Shown: in pieces, positions 52,132-63,679 of the stretch
How positions within the stretch are numbered: the first letter of the stretch is position 1
How the letters are laid out: each line of letters begins with the position of its first letter
Source of the DNA: an uncultured Methanoregulaceae archaeon
GTDB lineage: Archaea; Halobacteriota; Methanomicrobia; Methanomicrobiales; Methanospirillaceae
Reading direction: 5' to 3'
NCBI GenBank assembly: GCA_963717525.1
Contig: OY970343.1
Location: forward strand, 384,001 to 448,000
DNA length: 64,000 nt
Notes under the pieces: generated by a model
Database searches by the model: none
What the model was told of the DNA's origin: nothing
Seen by the model: only the letters and a program-made list of their open reading frames with translations
Made by a program: the position numbers and the translations under genes

Positions 52132-52216
52132 TGCGAGGGATGGGATTCGAACCCAAGAACTCCTGCGAGACCAGGCCCTGAACCTGGCGCCGTTGACCTG
52201 GCTTGGCTACCCTCGC
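52132..52216 (-). tRNA. tRNA-Leu (anticodon CAG); no intron, CCA not encoded
   Basis: GCGAGGG acceptor stem, CCAGG-TTCAGGG-CCTGG anticodon arm, long variable arm, GGTTCGAATCC T-loop. Confidence 0.95.
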
Positions 52217-52274
52217 GCCTGTATAGATTATGTTCCCGGTTTAATAAAGGTAAGGGGAAATTGTAAGGGTGAAC

Positions 52275-54162
52275 TTATGCCTTCTTCCCGTTGTTGGTCT
52301 CACTCTGGTACTTCTTCATTTCGCGTTCACGCAGTTCGTTTCTCCGGATCTTACCGGAAATGTTCTTGGGCAGCGAGTCCACAAACTCAATGGCACGCGG
52401 GATATTTGTACGGTGCGGTGACCTTCTTTACATGGTTCTGGATCTCCCGTCCGAGCGCTTCCGACGGGGTAAAACCCGGTTTCAGGATGATAAAGGCCTT
52501 GACAATAAGCCCGCGAATCTCGTCGGGTGAACCGACCACAGCCGCTTCCTGGACTGAGGGATGTTCGATGAGTGCACTCTCCACCTCGAAAGGCCCGATC
52601 CGGTACCGGAGGCCTTTATCACGTCGTCGTCACGACCGATGAACCAGAGGTAGCCGTCCTCGTCGCGGTATGCCTTGTCGCCGGTATAGTACCAGTCGCC
52701 GATAAATGACTTCCTGTTGTCCTCGGGGTTGTTCAGGTATTCCCGGAACATGCCCACCGGTCGCGGGTTGACCCTGATCGCGATCTTTCCTTCCTGATGG
52801 ACACCGACTTCTATCCCGTTGTCATCATGCAGCTCGATGTGCCACCCGGGGGAGGGTTTCCCCATGGACCCGAACTTGGGGGTCATGCCGGGGAACGTGC
52901 CCACGCAGAGCACCGTCTCTGTCTGGCCGTACCCCTCGTAGATGGTCAGGCCGGTTGCGTCTTTCCAGGCCTTGATCACTTCGGGATTGAGTGGTTCTCC
53001 CGCACTAACGCAGTGCCGGAGTTCGGTAAAGTCGAACTTATCGAGGTCGGCAAGGATCAGCATCCGGTAGATGGTCGGCGGGCAGCAGAAGGTAGAGATG
53101 CCATACTTCTCAATCAGTGGGAGGAGCTCGGTGGCATTGAATTTTCCGCGAATATCATAGACAAAGATCGCGGCCCCCTCGATCCACTGTCCGTAGAACT
53201 TGCCCCAGGCACTCTTGGCCCAGCCGGTGTCGGAGTTCGTGAAGTGAAGGTCGTTTGAATGGACATCGTGCCAGAACCGGACCGTGACGATATGCCCCAG
53301 CGGGTAACTCTGGTCATGGAGCACCATCTTGGGCTCCCCGGTTGTACCGGAAGTAAAGAAGATCACGCAGCGGGTCGGTGCTCCGGGTCTTTTTCGCCCC
53401 CGGTATGTTTACGATCTTTGTAGAGACCGGCGCCGGGTAGTCCATCTCTACCGGGTAACTGATCCAGCCGTCGCGCTTGCCATCGATCAGCATCTTGCAG
53501 GTGAGCGAGGGGCATTCCTTTGCAATTGCATCGATCTTGTCGGCGTGCTCCGAGCTCGTGATCACCATCTTGATATCTGCGAGGTTGATCCGGTATTTCA
53601 GGTCTTTTGGGGTGAGCATGGTGGGGGCCGGGCAGTATACTGCACCACGCTTGATCAGTGCAAGGGTAAACGTCCACCATTCCGGTACCCGCGGAAGCAT
53701 GATCAGGGCCCGCTCTCCCTTGTTGAGCCCGTACTTGATCAGCATGTTCACGATCTGGTTGGACATCAACTTTAATTCCCGGAACGTGAATTTCTTCTCT
53801 TCCCCTTTCTGGTTCACCCAGATCATGGCGAGTTTGTTCCGGTCACGGTCTGCCCATGCATCGATCACATCAAACCCGAAGTTAAAGTATTCCGGGACAT
53901 CGATCCGGAAATTGCGGTAGGTCTCTTCGTAATCGCCGATATTGTGGTGGTCGGGGGGATATACCGGGCTGACGAAAGGGAGAATCGGTGTACCTGCTGA
54001 AGGTGCACCACCGGTACCGGCACCTGACGCCGCACTGGTACCTGCGATCCGGTCTGAACAGGCTTCGCTGATCCAGTCCGAGCGTGAAATCTTTCGTTGT
54101 TCGCATGCCTTGTCGATACGGGTAGACAGGGTATTGTCCATGGATATTGAATACCGCACCAT
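52275..54162 (-). CDS. Acyl-CoA synthetase (AMP-forming) with N-terminal ribbon-helix-helix domain; frameshifts near 53368, 52607 and 52399
   Basis: N-terminus [35 protein letters not shown], then [35 protein letters not shown]. Confidence 0.88.
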
Positions 54163-54521
54163 ACCAGTGCTGTTTGCTGGTGCACTTTATCAGGGTTTTG
54201 CTTTTTTGGTGCACCATTGCCCGTCCTAAAGGGAAAATCCTGTGATTATGAGATATTGATATTTCATGGTGTCTGTACCGTGGTATTTGTGGAACCCCCG
54301 TTGTTGCTTTGTACCAGGTAAAAATTCGGTGTTCCTGAATAACGTGAGGGTAATTCCGGTACGTGCCGGAAAATTCTGGTGCATGTCCCGGCCGGTTTCA
54401 GGTGTACCGGATCATTCTAACCGGTTTTTGCAGCCGGTATTTCCGATGCAATGCCGGATCTCTTCGACCGTCAATGGTTACATCCTAGAAAAAAAATTAT
54501 GCTGGAACGGCTTTCTTTCGC

Positions 54522-56188
54522 TTACCTGAACTCCCGGTACTTCCGCAGCTCCCGCTCGCGGAGCTCTGCCCGCCGGATCTTGCCGGAGTGAGTCTTCGGT
54601 AGTTCGGTGACAAACTCTATGGCCCGGGGTACTTGTACGGCGCTGTCGTACGTTTCACGTAACCCTTGATCTCTTTGATAAGCGTCTCTGATGGCTCGTA
54701 TCCCTTGTTTAAGACAACGAATGCCTTCACAATCAGGCCCCTGATCCGGTCCGGTGCTCCTACGACTGCGGCTTCCTGCACGGCCGGGTGCTCGAGCAAT
54801 GCGCTCTCGACCTCAAATGGCCCGATCCGGTAGCCGGATGACTTGATCACGTCGTCATCCCGGCCGACGAACCAGAAGAACCCCTCTTCGTCCCGGTAGG
54901 CTTTGTCACCCGTGTAGTACCATCCGTTGACAAACGCTTTTTTGTTCTCATCAGGGTTGTCAAGGTACTCCACGAAAAGGCCCGGGGGAGGGGGGTTGCA
55001 GGAGATCGCGATCCTGCCCTCCTCGCGGCCGCCGACCGGCCGCCCCTCGTCATCATGGATCTCCACGTCCCAGCAAGGCGAGGGCTTCCCCATGGAGCCT
55101 GGCCGCACTTCAAGGCATGGGAATTCGGCGACGCAGCAGCAGGTCTCGCTCTGGCCATAGCCTTCCCGGATAGCGAGGCCGGTTCCTTCCTTCCAGACCC
55201 GGATCACCTCGGGGTTGAGCGGCTCGCCAGCACTGGTGCAGTGCCGGAGAGATGAGAGGTCGAATTTGTCAAGGTCCGCGAGGATCAGCATCCGGTAGAC
55301 CGTAGGCGGGCAGCAGAACGTCGTGATCTGGTACCTTTCAAGGAGCGGGAGTATCTCGGTTGCGTTGAACTTTCCGGTAAAGTTGTACACGAAGAGGCAT
55401 GCCCCCTCTATCCACTGCCCGAAGATCTTGCCCCACCCGCATTTTGCCCAGCCGGTATCGGTGACCGTGAAGTGGAGATCGTTGTGCCGGATATCCTGCC
55501 AGAACCGGGCGGTGATGATCTGGCCGAGTGGATGATCGTGGTTGTGGAGCACCATCTTTGGCTCCCCCACGGTGCCGGAGGTGAAGTAGATCAGCATCGG
55601 GTCAGAACTTTTCGTGCGGTGCTCCTCAGGATTAGATACAGAACGGTGCGAGACCGGCGCCGGGTAGAGGAGCTGGTACGGCCAGCTTGCCCAGCCCTTG
55701 AGCTCGCCATCCACCACAAACCGGCAGGCAAGGGTCGGGCACTCGTTGCAGATCTCCTCCACCTTGCCGGCATTTTCGAGATCGGTGATGATCATCCGGA
55801 ATTTGCCCTTGTTGACCCGGTACTTGATATCCCGGGGGGTGAGCATGGTCGGGCAGGGGCAGAAGACAGCGCCCAGCTTGATGAGGGCGACCACGAAGAT
55901 CCACCACTCGGGGATCCGGGGCAGCATGATGAGGACACGATCTCCCTTGTTGATCCCGTACTTCAGAAGGACGTTTGCCGCCTGGTTGGAGAGGTTGGAC
56001 ATATCAAGGAAACTGAACTTTTTCTCTTCGCCGTGCTGGTTTGCCCAGATCATGGCGAGCTTATTCCGGTCCTTCTTTGCCCACGCATCGACCACGTCAA
56101 AGCCGAAATTGAAGTACTCGGGGACCTCAATCTTAAACGTCGCCTTTGCCAGATCGTAATCTTCCATGTTATGCTGGTCTTCGCCCAT
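54522..56188 (-). CDS. Acyl-CoA synthetase (AMP-forming) paralogue; frameshift near 54626
   Basis: [34 protein letters not shown]; continues in another frame as LPKTHSGKIRR to the stop at 54522. Confidence 0.92.
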
Positions 56189-56376
56189 AAAAATCAGCCT
56201 TGATAATGCCGGAATATTGACGATGTTTCCATTTCAATCTGTCTTTTGGCTCTTCTGAACCAAGCGTAAAGCCCTGCCGGTTTTTTAATCCTGCGTCCGT
56301 CTCCGTCAGAGGTGAGAACAGGGACATAAAGATTCTCCATTAGTATTATGATTGGACAGACTGCATAGTATACAGG

Positions 56377-56931
56377 ATGGCTGACAAACGGTACGATTCA
56401 TTAAAAATTGAGAATGTCGTGGCTTCAGGAGTCATCGCCGAGTCCATAGACCTCAACGAGGTATCCAGCAAGATCAAGAGCTGCGAGCTCAATACCAAAA
56501 GGTTCCCCGGTGCTGTCTATCGCATCGAGAACCCGAAGATCGCATCCCTGATTTTTTCCTCGGGCAAAGTTGTGCTTACTGGTATCCGCGATGACAAAGC
56601 ATTAAAAGACGGCCTTGCCATTATTATCAAGTCCCTCAAGGAAGCGGGCGTCAAGACGCTGGACAAGCCCCGGGTTGCAATCACCAATATCGTCTGCTCT
56701 TATGATATCGGCAAGTACATCAACCTCAACAAGGTCGTTGTCACCCTCAATCTCGAGAACATCGAGTACGAACCCGAGCAGTTCCCGGGCCTTGTGTACC
56801 GGATCAAGGACCCAAAAATTGTCGCACTCCTCTTCTCTTCGGGAAAGATCATCTTAACCGGCGGGAAAAACCTCGAAGATATCAAAAAAGGCCTCGACTT
56901 CCTCGAACAGAAACTTGAAAGCATTATGTAA
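56377..56931 (+). CDS. tbp: TATA-box-binding protein
   Basis: IENVVAS, FPG..YR, IFSSGKVVLTG, YEPEQFPGLVYR. Confidence 0.97.
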   Translation: MADKRYDSLKIENVVASGVIAESIDLNEVSSKIKSCELNTKRFPGAVYRIENPKIASLIFSSGKVVLTGIRDDKALKDGLAIIIKSLKEAGVKTLDKPRVAITNIVCSYDIGKYINLNKVVVTLNLENIEYEPEQFPGLVYRIKDPKIVALLFSSGKIILTGGKNLEDIKKGLDFLEQKLESIM

Positions 56932-57579
56932 ATACCGATGCCCGTACCTGGTACCGCGATCTTTTTTCCTGAAACATTTTTCCCATTTTCAGAAAAATCC
57001 TGCAGCTCCTGCCATGCCCTCAAGTTTCACCGGACCCTGTAACGGCAGTCCCTTGGGACATCCAATCCTCTCTTCATTCCGTCTCCCACCCTCACGTTCT
57101 CTTTATAAAGGGGGTTCAGCCGGACCTGCATTCATCCACGATCAGCTTTCCGACGGAGAGTATTTGGGAGGGATCTGTGCCCGGGAAGTTCCAGTGGAAA
57201 CAGTGCCAACACCCGACATAATTTCTGATAAAAATCAGTATTTTGTTAAACGGGCCGTTTTAATGAGGAAAAAACCGTGCAATTTAGCGGCGTTCTTTTA
57301 ATCACGAAAAAATGAAAAGAGAAAAGGCTATGCGAAGCTCCGGAAGGCTTTAAAATGCATCCATGGCCGAAAAATAACAGGGGTCCTGTAGTCGGAAAGG
57401 GTGGCCCTTTTTTTGGGAAATTGTACGTCATCCGCGACCCAAACCCTATCAGGATTGCAGGAACGGTCATCCGGTTGAAGAGATACACTGTTTTTACCGA
57501 AAATCTCCCACACTGACCGATGGGAATTATCCACGGATACGATCACTGTAGATTTTTCCTCTGTCCCTGACGTGTATCC

Positions 57580-60273
57580 TTACGACCAGTACCGGTGCGT
57601 CTGGATAAAGTTCCGCTCGGCCTTGAGGATCTCGCGGTAAAAGGCATCATCTTCGGCAAGTGTGGCAAGGATCCGTGATGCGTTCTCAGGACCCACGCCC
57701 CGGGCCGAGAGTGCAATCACCGCTTTTTTCCCGCTCGACAGCACAATGTTTGCGTTCCGGAGGAGGCGCTGCTCGACGACTCTCTCCTCCTCGTTTTTCT
57801 TCTTCTTCGAGACGAGTTCGTAAGAGTCTGCCTCGTACGGTTTGAGCGCAGCAATCAGGCGGGCGCCGCACTTCGGGCATTGGGGGAGCTCCGGCACCCG
57901 GGCGACTACTGTGCGGCTCTTCCAGTTCCGGCAGTTCATGCAGGCAAGTACGACCTCGTCCTGTTCGAGCCTTCGTTTCAGGGTCGCAAGCACGGCCTGG
58001 TCAGCGGTTGGCGGCGGGATCTGGTCCCGGGAGGAGAGGATCCCCTCCGCTCCGATGATCGAGTGGGGCCCGATGGCAACCTCGATCTCACCTGCTTTGA
58101 TGAGACTTATTATATGCGCTGCAGCATCAACGTCCATGTATCCCGACAGCAGCTCGCGGTATGCTTCCCGCTGGACAACCGTGTTATCGAAATAGTCGAG
58201 CAGCCGCTGGATGCTTATTTTTTCATAATCGGCATCCGGGTCGATCGCACCAAATTTTTTTGCGATCTGGACCAGTTTCCACTTAAAGAGCGCGGTGCGC
58301 TTGAGGGCAAGCTTGAGGATGCCGGGCATGTGGGCGGGTTCAAGGGACAAAAGGAAGTCGCGGACGTCTGCGGCCCGGACCTCGGAGGGGAGACGCAGCA
58401 GGATCCGGTACGCGTCCAGTTCGATTCCCACCGTCGACCCGTACCGTGCCGAGATCAGGATCGAAAGCACCCGGCCCAGCGCCTCATTTGCCTTGTGGCC
58501 GGCGCAGACGTTGCAGACCACGCCATCGTCGATGTTCTCAAATGTGATGAGCCGGTCGGTCGGAATTTTGCACCGGTTCTTTTCCATCTCGGAGAGGATA
58601 TGGGAAGCAAAAACGATGCTCTCTTTTTCCCTGGTGTACTGCGCCGTAGTGCGCTCGCGCCGGATCGCCCCGGCTTCACGTGCGACCGCAAAGGGGACCG
58701 GGATCTGTTCGCCTTCCCATGAAGGGAGCTCACCTATCGCTTTCTTGGCGGGTTCTACCGTAAGCCTCCCGTCATTTATTTCCAGGACCCTCCAGAGCTG
58801 TCCCTTGGTGATGAACACCGCCCCGGTGTGTACCCAGCCGACCACGAACGATTCATCGAGTGTGCCCACGGTCCGCCGCGAGACCATGTCAAAGACCGGG
58901 ATCTTGCGCTCGTCATGGATCATCGAGAGGTTGCCCGAGAGGTACCGCCGGGCCCGTGCGGTAGTGATAATCCGGCTGCCGTCAATCCGGATGAGCCGGT
59001 GTTCCTCGAGCTGGGTGCAGACATCATCGAGGAGCGTGCCGGAGTTTGTAAAAAGGGAGGTGCGCTCCACGATCGTCCGGATCCGGGACCGCTCGATCTC
59101 GCCGTATTCCACGGCCATGGCCGCAACCTGATTGGCGAGTACGTCCGCCGCGTCTGCATCCGGAACAACCGGCTCGATCTCGTTTGCCTGCGCCCGCCTG
59201 GAGATCACAAGGGACTCCAACAGGTCGTCAAAACCGGTGGCGAGGATTGTGCCCCGGGAGATGGTGTTGAGCTGGTGACCGGCGCGTCCCACCCGCTGCA
59301 CCAGCCGGGCGACCTCGCGGGGGGAGCCGAACTGGATCACGTGGTCGACCCTTCCGATATCAATCCCGAGTTCCATGGAAGAGGTACAGATGAGGGTACG
59401 GATCTCGCCTTTCTTGAACCGGTCCTCGGCGTCGATGCGGATTTCTTTTGAGAGCGAACCGTGGTGGACCTCAACGTCTCCCCGGGCATACAGTGCGTGA
59501 CCGAGGGCCTCGGCGGTCACCCGGGTGTTGACAAAAACAAGCGTCGAACCCTCCCGGTCGAGCGCACGTTCGAGCGCCTGTACCTGGTGTTTGAAGTTGT
59601 CCCCGACAAAACTGACCGAAATATCCAGTTGTTTTGCCACCGGCACCTGCACGATCTCGCAGGGTCTCGCCCCGCAGAGGAAATTTGCGATTGTCTCCGG
59701 GTTCCCGACCGTTGCAGAAAGCCCGATTCGCTGGAATTCGCCGGCATACTCCGCGAGCCGTTCGAGTGCGATGGCGAGCTGCGCTCCTCTCTTGCTCGCA
59801 GCCATCTCGTGGATCTCATCGATTATCACAAAATGTACGTGTTCGAGATGCTTGCGCAGCCTTTTACCCATAAATAATGCCTGGAGCGTCTCCGGAGTGG
59901 TGATGAGGAGATCTGGCGGGGAAAGTGCCTGCTTCCTGCGCTCTCCCAGGGGGGTATCCCCGTGACGGACACCTACGCTCAGGCCCAGCTCCCGGCACCA
60001 CCACTCCATCCTCGCAAGGATATCCCGGTTAAGGGAGCGCAAGGGAGTAACGTAGATCGCCTTGAACCCTCCCCCGGCAGGCATTTTGAGAAGGGCATCA
60101 AAGACCGGGAACATCGCGCTCTCGGTCTTGCCGGTGCCGGTCGGGGCGATCAGGACGAGATTCTTCTTTTGTAAGATAAGGGGGATTGCCTGCTCCTGTG
60201 CAGGGGAGAGCCGGGTGAACCCCCGTTTTCTGATACACGAGCGGACGTGGTCACCGAGCAGTTCAAGTGCCAT
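57580..60273 (-). CDS. lhr: Lhr-like SF2 helicase
   Basis: APTGTGKT, RHGDT, TTPETL, DEIH, LSAT, HHGSLS, ELGIDIG, QRVGRAGH, C-terminal Zn finger. Confidence 0.92.
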   Translation of the reverse strand: MALELLGDHVRSCIRKRGFTRLSPAQEQAIPLILQKKNLVLIAPTGTGKTESAMFPVFDALLKMPAGGGFKAIYVTPLRSLNRDILARMEWWCRELGLSVGVRHGDTPLGERRKQALSPPDLLITTPETLQALFMGKRLRKHLEHVHFVIIDEIHEMAASKRGAQLAIALERLAEYAGEFQRIGLSATVGNPETIANFLCGARPCEIVQVPVAKQLDISVSFVGDNFKHQVQALERALDREGSTLVFVNTRVTAEALGHALYARGDVEVHHGSLSKEIRIDAEDRFKKGEIRTLICTSSMELGIDIGRVDHVIQFGSPREVARLVQRVGRAGHQLNTISRGTILATGFDDLLESLVISRRAQANEIEPVVPDADAADVLANQVAAMAVEYGEIERSRIRTIVERTSLFTNSGTLLDDVCTQLEEHRLIRIDGSRIITTARARRYLSGNLSMIHDERKIPVFDMVSRRTVGTLDESFVVGWVHTGAVFITKGQLWRVLEINDGRLTVEPAKKAIGELPSWEGEQIPVPFAVAREAGAIRRERTTAQYTREKESIVFASHILSEMEKNRCKIPTDRLITFENIDDGVVCNVCAGHKANEALGRVLSILISARYGSTVGIELDAYRILLRLPSEVRAADVRDFLLSLEPAHMPGILKLALKRTALFKWKLVQIAKKFGAIDPDADYEKISIQRLLDYFDNTVVQREAYRELLSGYMDVDAAAHIISLIKAGEIEVAIGPHSIIGAEGILSSRDQIPPPTADQAVLATLKRRLEQDEVVLACMNCRNWKSRTVVARVPELPQCPKCGARLIAALKPYEADSYELVSKKKKNEEERVVEQRLLRNANIVLSSGKKAVIALSARGVGPENASRILATLAEDDAFYREILKAERNFIQTHRYWS

Positions 60274-61048
60274 GGCGATCCTTCCTCGTTTTCTCATTCA
60301 CATTATCGTCGTCAAGCAGCATCGAGAGAGGCCCGATATATGTCCCGTCGGCAAGAATGACCTCCGCGCCATCCTGCTTCATGCACCGCGAGATAGGTGA
60401 GAACGGGTCACGGGAAATTTTGACAATATCGTACCCGGCAATTTCGTTGAACGCGGGCACGAACAAGACCCTGTCAGGCCCCCCGCCCTCCACTGTTTTG
60501 AGGCCGAGCGCCGGTGCATCGATCGTCGCCCGCAGGTAGGCCGGTGCCACAAGAGAGCAGCCCACATGGTCGCGCAGGCTCACCTGCGGGTGGTGGTGGC
60601 CCATGACAAGGAGATGGCCGCCAAGGTCCGGGGCCGGGTAGGTATGACCGTGGAGGTATGCAATGCCGTCGATAACCGCGCCCTCCTTTGGCTGGAGTTC
60701 CCCTTCCTGAAGGAACCGTTCGATACCGATGTCGTGGTTTCCCGGGAAGACAAGGATCGGGATGCGGCGCCGGATTGAATCAAGGATGCCCGGGATCTCT
60801 GTCCACTCCTGCCGGGTGAGCGAAGGGATGCTGTGCTTGATATCCCCAAGGAGGACAAGCCGGTCCGGCTCCGTCGCATCCAGGGTCTGCATGATCCTTG
60901 AGAGACGCTCCCTGCTATGGCTCCTGAAATGCATGCCATGGGCGGCAAGGTCGGCCTCGATCCCGAAATGGAGATCGGCAATGATGAGCAGGCGCTCGGT
61001 GTTCTCGATCACAAGCGCCGGGCCGTCCCTGACAAACTCCATCCTCAT
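60263..61048 (-). CDS. Lhr-associated metallophosphoesterase
   Basis: ADLHFG, LGDIKH, GNHD, HGH, GHHHP, VPAFN. Confidence 0.9.
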   Translation of the reverse strand: MRMEFVRDGPALVIENTERLLIIADLHFGIEADLAAHGMHFRSHSRERLSRIMQTLDATEPDRLVLLGDIKHSIPSLTRQEWTEIPGILDSIRRRIPILVFPGNHDIGIERFLQEGELQPKEGAVIDGIAYLHGHTYPAPDLGGHLLVMGHHHPQVSLRDHVGCSLVAPAYLRATIDAPALGLKTVEGGGPDRVLFVPAFNEIAGYDIVKISRDPFSPISRCMKQDGAEVILADGTYIGPLSMLLDDDNVNEKTRKDRHGT

Positions 61049-61854
61049 AACGGTTTGACGTATCCTTTCTGGGGCTGGTAACAGTCATCGCTGGTTACCA
61101 GGCTTTCGATTGCGGCAAGCACCGCTGCCTGCGTGTACCCCTGTGAACCTGCCTTCTCGATTACATCCTGTACGGCAACTCCGCGGGGGCCGCTTTCGGC
61201 GCAAATGATCTCCATCACCGCTGCGCTGATATCGGCCTCTGCGGCCGGCGGTGCTTCGGGACTGGTACTTACGCTGGTAAGCGCACCATCGATTATCGTG
61301 ACCATGCCGCGGAGCTGCTCCCGGGTGAGACCGTAGTGCCGGATAACGCGGGTCGCCCGGGCATCGCTGGTATCCCCATCAAGAGCTGCAAGAAGCCGTT
61401 CGATCCGGGCGAGTGTCATGTCCGCTGCCGTTACGATCCACCGGTTGCGGGTGGCCTTGTCAATAACCCGGACGTACTCTGGCCTGACCGAGACTGCCCA
61501 GCTCCCGTTCTTCTTATACAACTGTGCGATCCCTGTCACTGCGACAAAGGATGGCACCGGGATCGCACGGAGCTGTTCAGCCACTGCCCCCCGCCGGCCT
61601 CCCGTGACCAGATCGAACGCACCGGTCGGGTCAGCAAGACGGCAGAACAGGACATCGGTGACTTCAGTGACTTCGGTCAGCGCACCGCAGAGATAGAGCG
61701 ACCGGCACCAGGCCCCGCCCGGGGTCACGACCCACGCCGAGCTTTCGGAACCTTCGTCAGGCACGGCAAAGGTTGCCTCTCGAAAATCTCCGGCAAAAAC
61801 GCGGGCTGCACCTTCCATGGTTGTGATAAGTACTTGCAAAAGAGAGGTATTCAA
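61045..61854 (-). CDS. RPA-like OB-fold / winged-helix protein
   Basis: ARVFA, VVTPGG, GALTE, LADPTG, VRPE, C-terminal YQP..G wHTH. Confidence 0.7.
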   Translation of the reverse strand: MNTSLLQVLITTMEGAARVFAGDFREATFAVPDEGSESSAWVVTPGGAWCRSLYLCGALTEVTEVTDVLFCRLADPTGAFDLVTGGRRGAVAEQLRAIPVPSFVAVTGIAQLYKKNGSWAVSVRPEYVRVIDKATRNRWIVTAADMTLARIERLLAALDGDTSDARATRVIRHYGLTREQLRGMVTIIDGALTSVSTSPEAPPAAEADISAAVMEIICAESGPRGVAVQDVIEKAGSQGYTQAAVLAAIESLVTSDDCYQPQKGYVKPL

Positions 61855-61934
61855 GGTATAGGCATTGATAAACGGCCCGGGAATGCGGGATAGCCGGCGA
61901 AGAGGAGGAAAATAATCCTGAAAAAGGAATTATA

Positions 61935-62466
61935 TCAGGGGTGTTTCAGGGTCGAGTCGAGTGCCGACGCGTTCGCGTACGCTGCATCCGCTTCTGCGCT
62001 TCTTCCCAGCGCATTCAGGGCGTTTGCCTTGTTGTAATATGCGATGGCCCGCAGGGTGGTCAGGTTTCCGGGCGCGTTGATCGCTACATCAGCCGCATCA
62101 ATCGCCTCGTTGTAACGGCCCAATTCGACGAGAATCCCTGCCCGGTTCGACTGGATCAGTGGAGTGAGAGAACTGACGTTCTCTGCAAGTGCAGCATCGG
62201 CATCTGAAAGAGCGTCCTGGTAATTCCCGGCGTTTGCCAGATCGACACTCTTTGAGGTACAATGCCCCTGCCGATGTAAATGGGGAAGTCTCATTTGCTG
62301 ATGTATTTACCGTTGCTTCCGGCCCCCATGGCCCCTGCTTTGTCAGGACAAGACCGGCAATAATCGCGATGCAAATTACAAGGACAATCCCGATCGCGAG
62401 GATATACGCTCTCGGGATCCTTCTTTTGATTTTTTCCTCAGATTGTGCGTTTTTCTTACGGCTCAT
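61935..62466 (-). CDS. Membrane-anchored TPR protein; frameshift near 62256
   Basis: TM segment in 62098..62466 joins TPR repeats (LGRYNEAI, AYYNKANAL) in 61935..62294. Confidence 0.8.
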
Positions 62467-62494
62467 AAGCGTACTAAATGGGGGAGAGGGACGA

Positions 62495-63526
62495 TTAATA
62501 CTTCCGTCTCATCGCAACCACACAGGCCGCGATGCCGAGGCTCACGATAGCGAGACCTTCGGGCAGGGGGGTAAAGGTCGTCTTTTTCGGGACGACGGTC
62601 GCGGTCGGTTCTGTGGTTGCCTGTCCTGTCGGGATCGTTGCCGCCGTGGTTATCGTCACCGTACCGGCCTGTGCGGTCAGGGTTGGTATTACTGTCGTCG
62701 GCGTGGGGTACGCAGCTGAAATAAAGGTGACTGTCTTGTCCCCGCTTGTTACCGTGCCGACAGCGGCGATCTGGTCGTAACTGCTGCTCATGCCATTGAG
62801 GTTCTGCGTAACATCAAAAGTGTAGGTACCTGGCGGATACACGCTGCTGCCGTCTGTGCTCTTTGCGTCCCGGTCCCATGCCTGCCCGTTTGTCCAGAAA
62901 TACGGTGAGGATGTGATTATCGGATCGCTGTCAAACGGGATGATCTGGGTTGTCGGGTTGCCTATATTTCCGGTAAGGATCTGGGGTATGTTCATTCCCT
63001 GGGGGGACGTGAGCGTGACTGTAAAAAAGCCGTCTGAAGGGTTATAATAGGGGCGTGAGGTGTAATTGAGCGCCATGTACAGGTTCGTATCGATCCGGTA
63101 CGTGATGTTTGCTGACATCGGCACCGATTGGCCGGTGATATCCGTATTGGTATCCGTGTTCCAGACCAAGAGATTGATCTGGGGCTGGTACACGGTAAAG
63201 ACCGGGATATCCGGTTTTGTGTCGTGCGTATACCAGGTGCCGGTACACCCGGAAAAAATTGCGGGATCTATATAAAACGAGGTTGCATCGCCGGATATCG
63301 TGACGGTCTTCGAAGGGTTCTGGCTCATGTCAGCACCCGCCGGCCACCACGCAATCACGGAATGCCCGTTCAGGCCTGAAGAGATGTCCATGTTGCGCTC
63401 GCCGATAAAGACCGGTGCACCGGCAGCAATCTTTGCCAGGCTTGCCTGGGAGGGTACGAGGATAAAGAACATAAGCAGGAGAAAAACAAGAGAAATTCGG
63501 CTTGATAACATGAAAAGTAATTTCAA
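62495..63526 (-). CDS. DUF3821-like secreted/surface protein
   Basis: Signal peptide, VFIGE..DIS, FYIDP..F....G.WY, Thr-rich linker, C-terminal TM and RRK tail. Confidence 0.8.
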   Translation of the reverse strand: MKLLFMLSSRISLVFLLLMFFILVPSQASLAKIAAGAPVFIGERNMDISSGLNGHSVIAWWPAGADMSQNPSKTVTISGDATSFYIDPAIFSGCTGTWYTHDTKPDIPVFTVYQPQINLLVWNTDTNTDITGQSVPMSANITYRIDTNLYMALNYTSRPYYNPSDGFFTVTLTSPQGMNIPQILTGNIGNPTTQIIPFDSDPIITSSPYFWTNGQAWDRDAKSTDGSSVYPPGTYTFDVTQNLNGMSSSYDQIAAVGTVTSGDKTVTFISAAYPTPTTVIPTLTAQAGTVTITTAATIPTGQATTEPTATVVPKKTTFTPLPEGLAIVSLGIAACVVAMRRKY

Positions 63527-63679
63527 AACTCTTATGATAAAGATTATGACATTCTAGTAATTGAAAAAAGGACCATTTTCGGATCTGGAGAAAAGTACCC
63601 GGATATACCGGGCTCTTTCTTGCAGGAAAAATCAACTAGTCCAAAGACAATCTAGTCAGTACCAAAATGGATGATGCGC

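Noticed and set aside
52132..52216. tRNA-Leu as integration site of an island
   Set aside because: No integrase nearby, and no duplicated tRNA 3' end noticed in the window
56932..57579. About 650-bp gap between the convergent tbp and lhr genes as a hidden gene or ncRNA
   Set aside because: The short ORFs look non-coding and I could not recognise an RNA family or a repeat match
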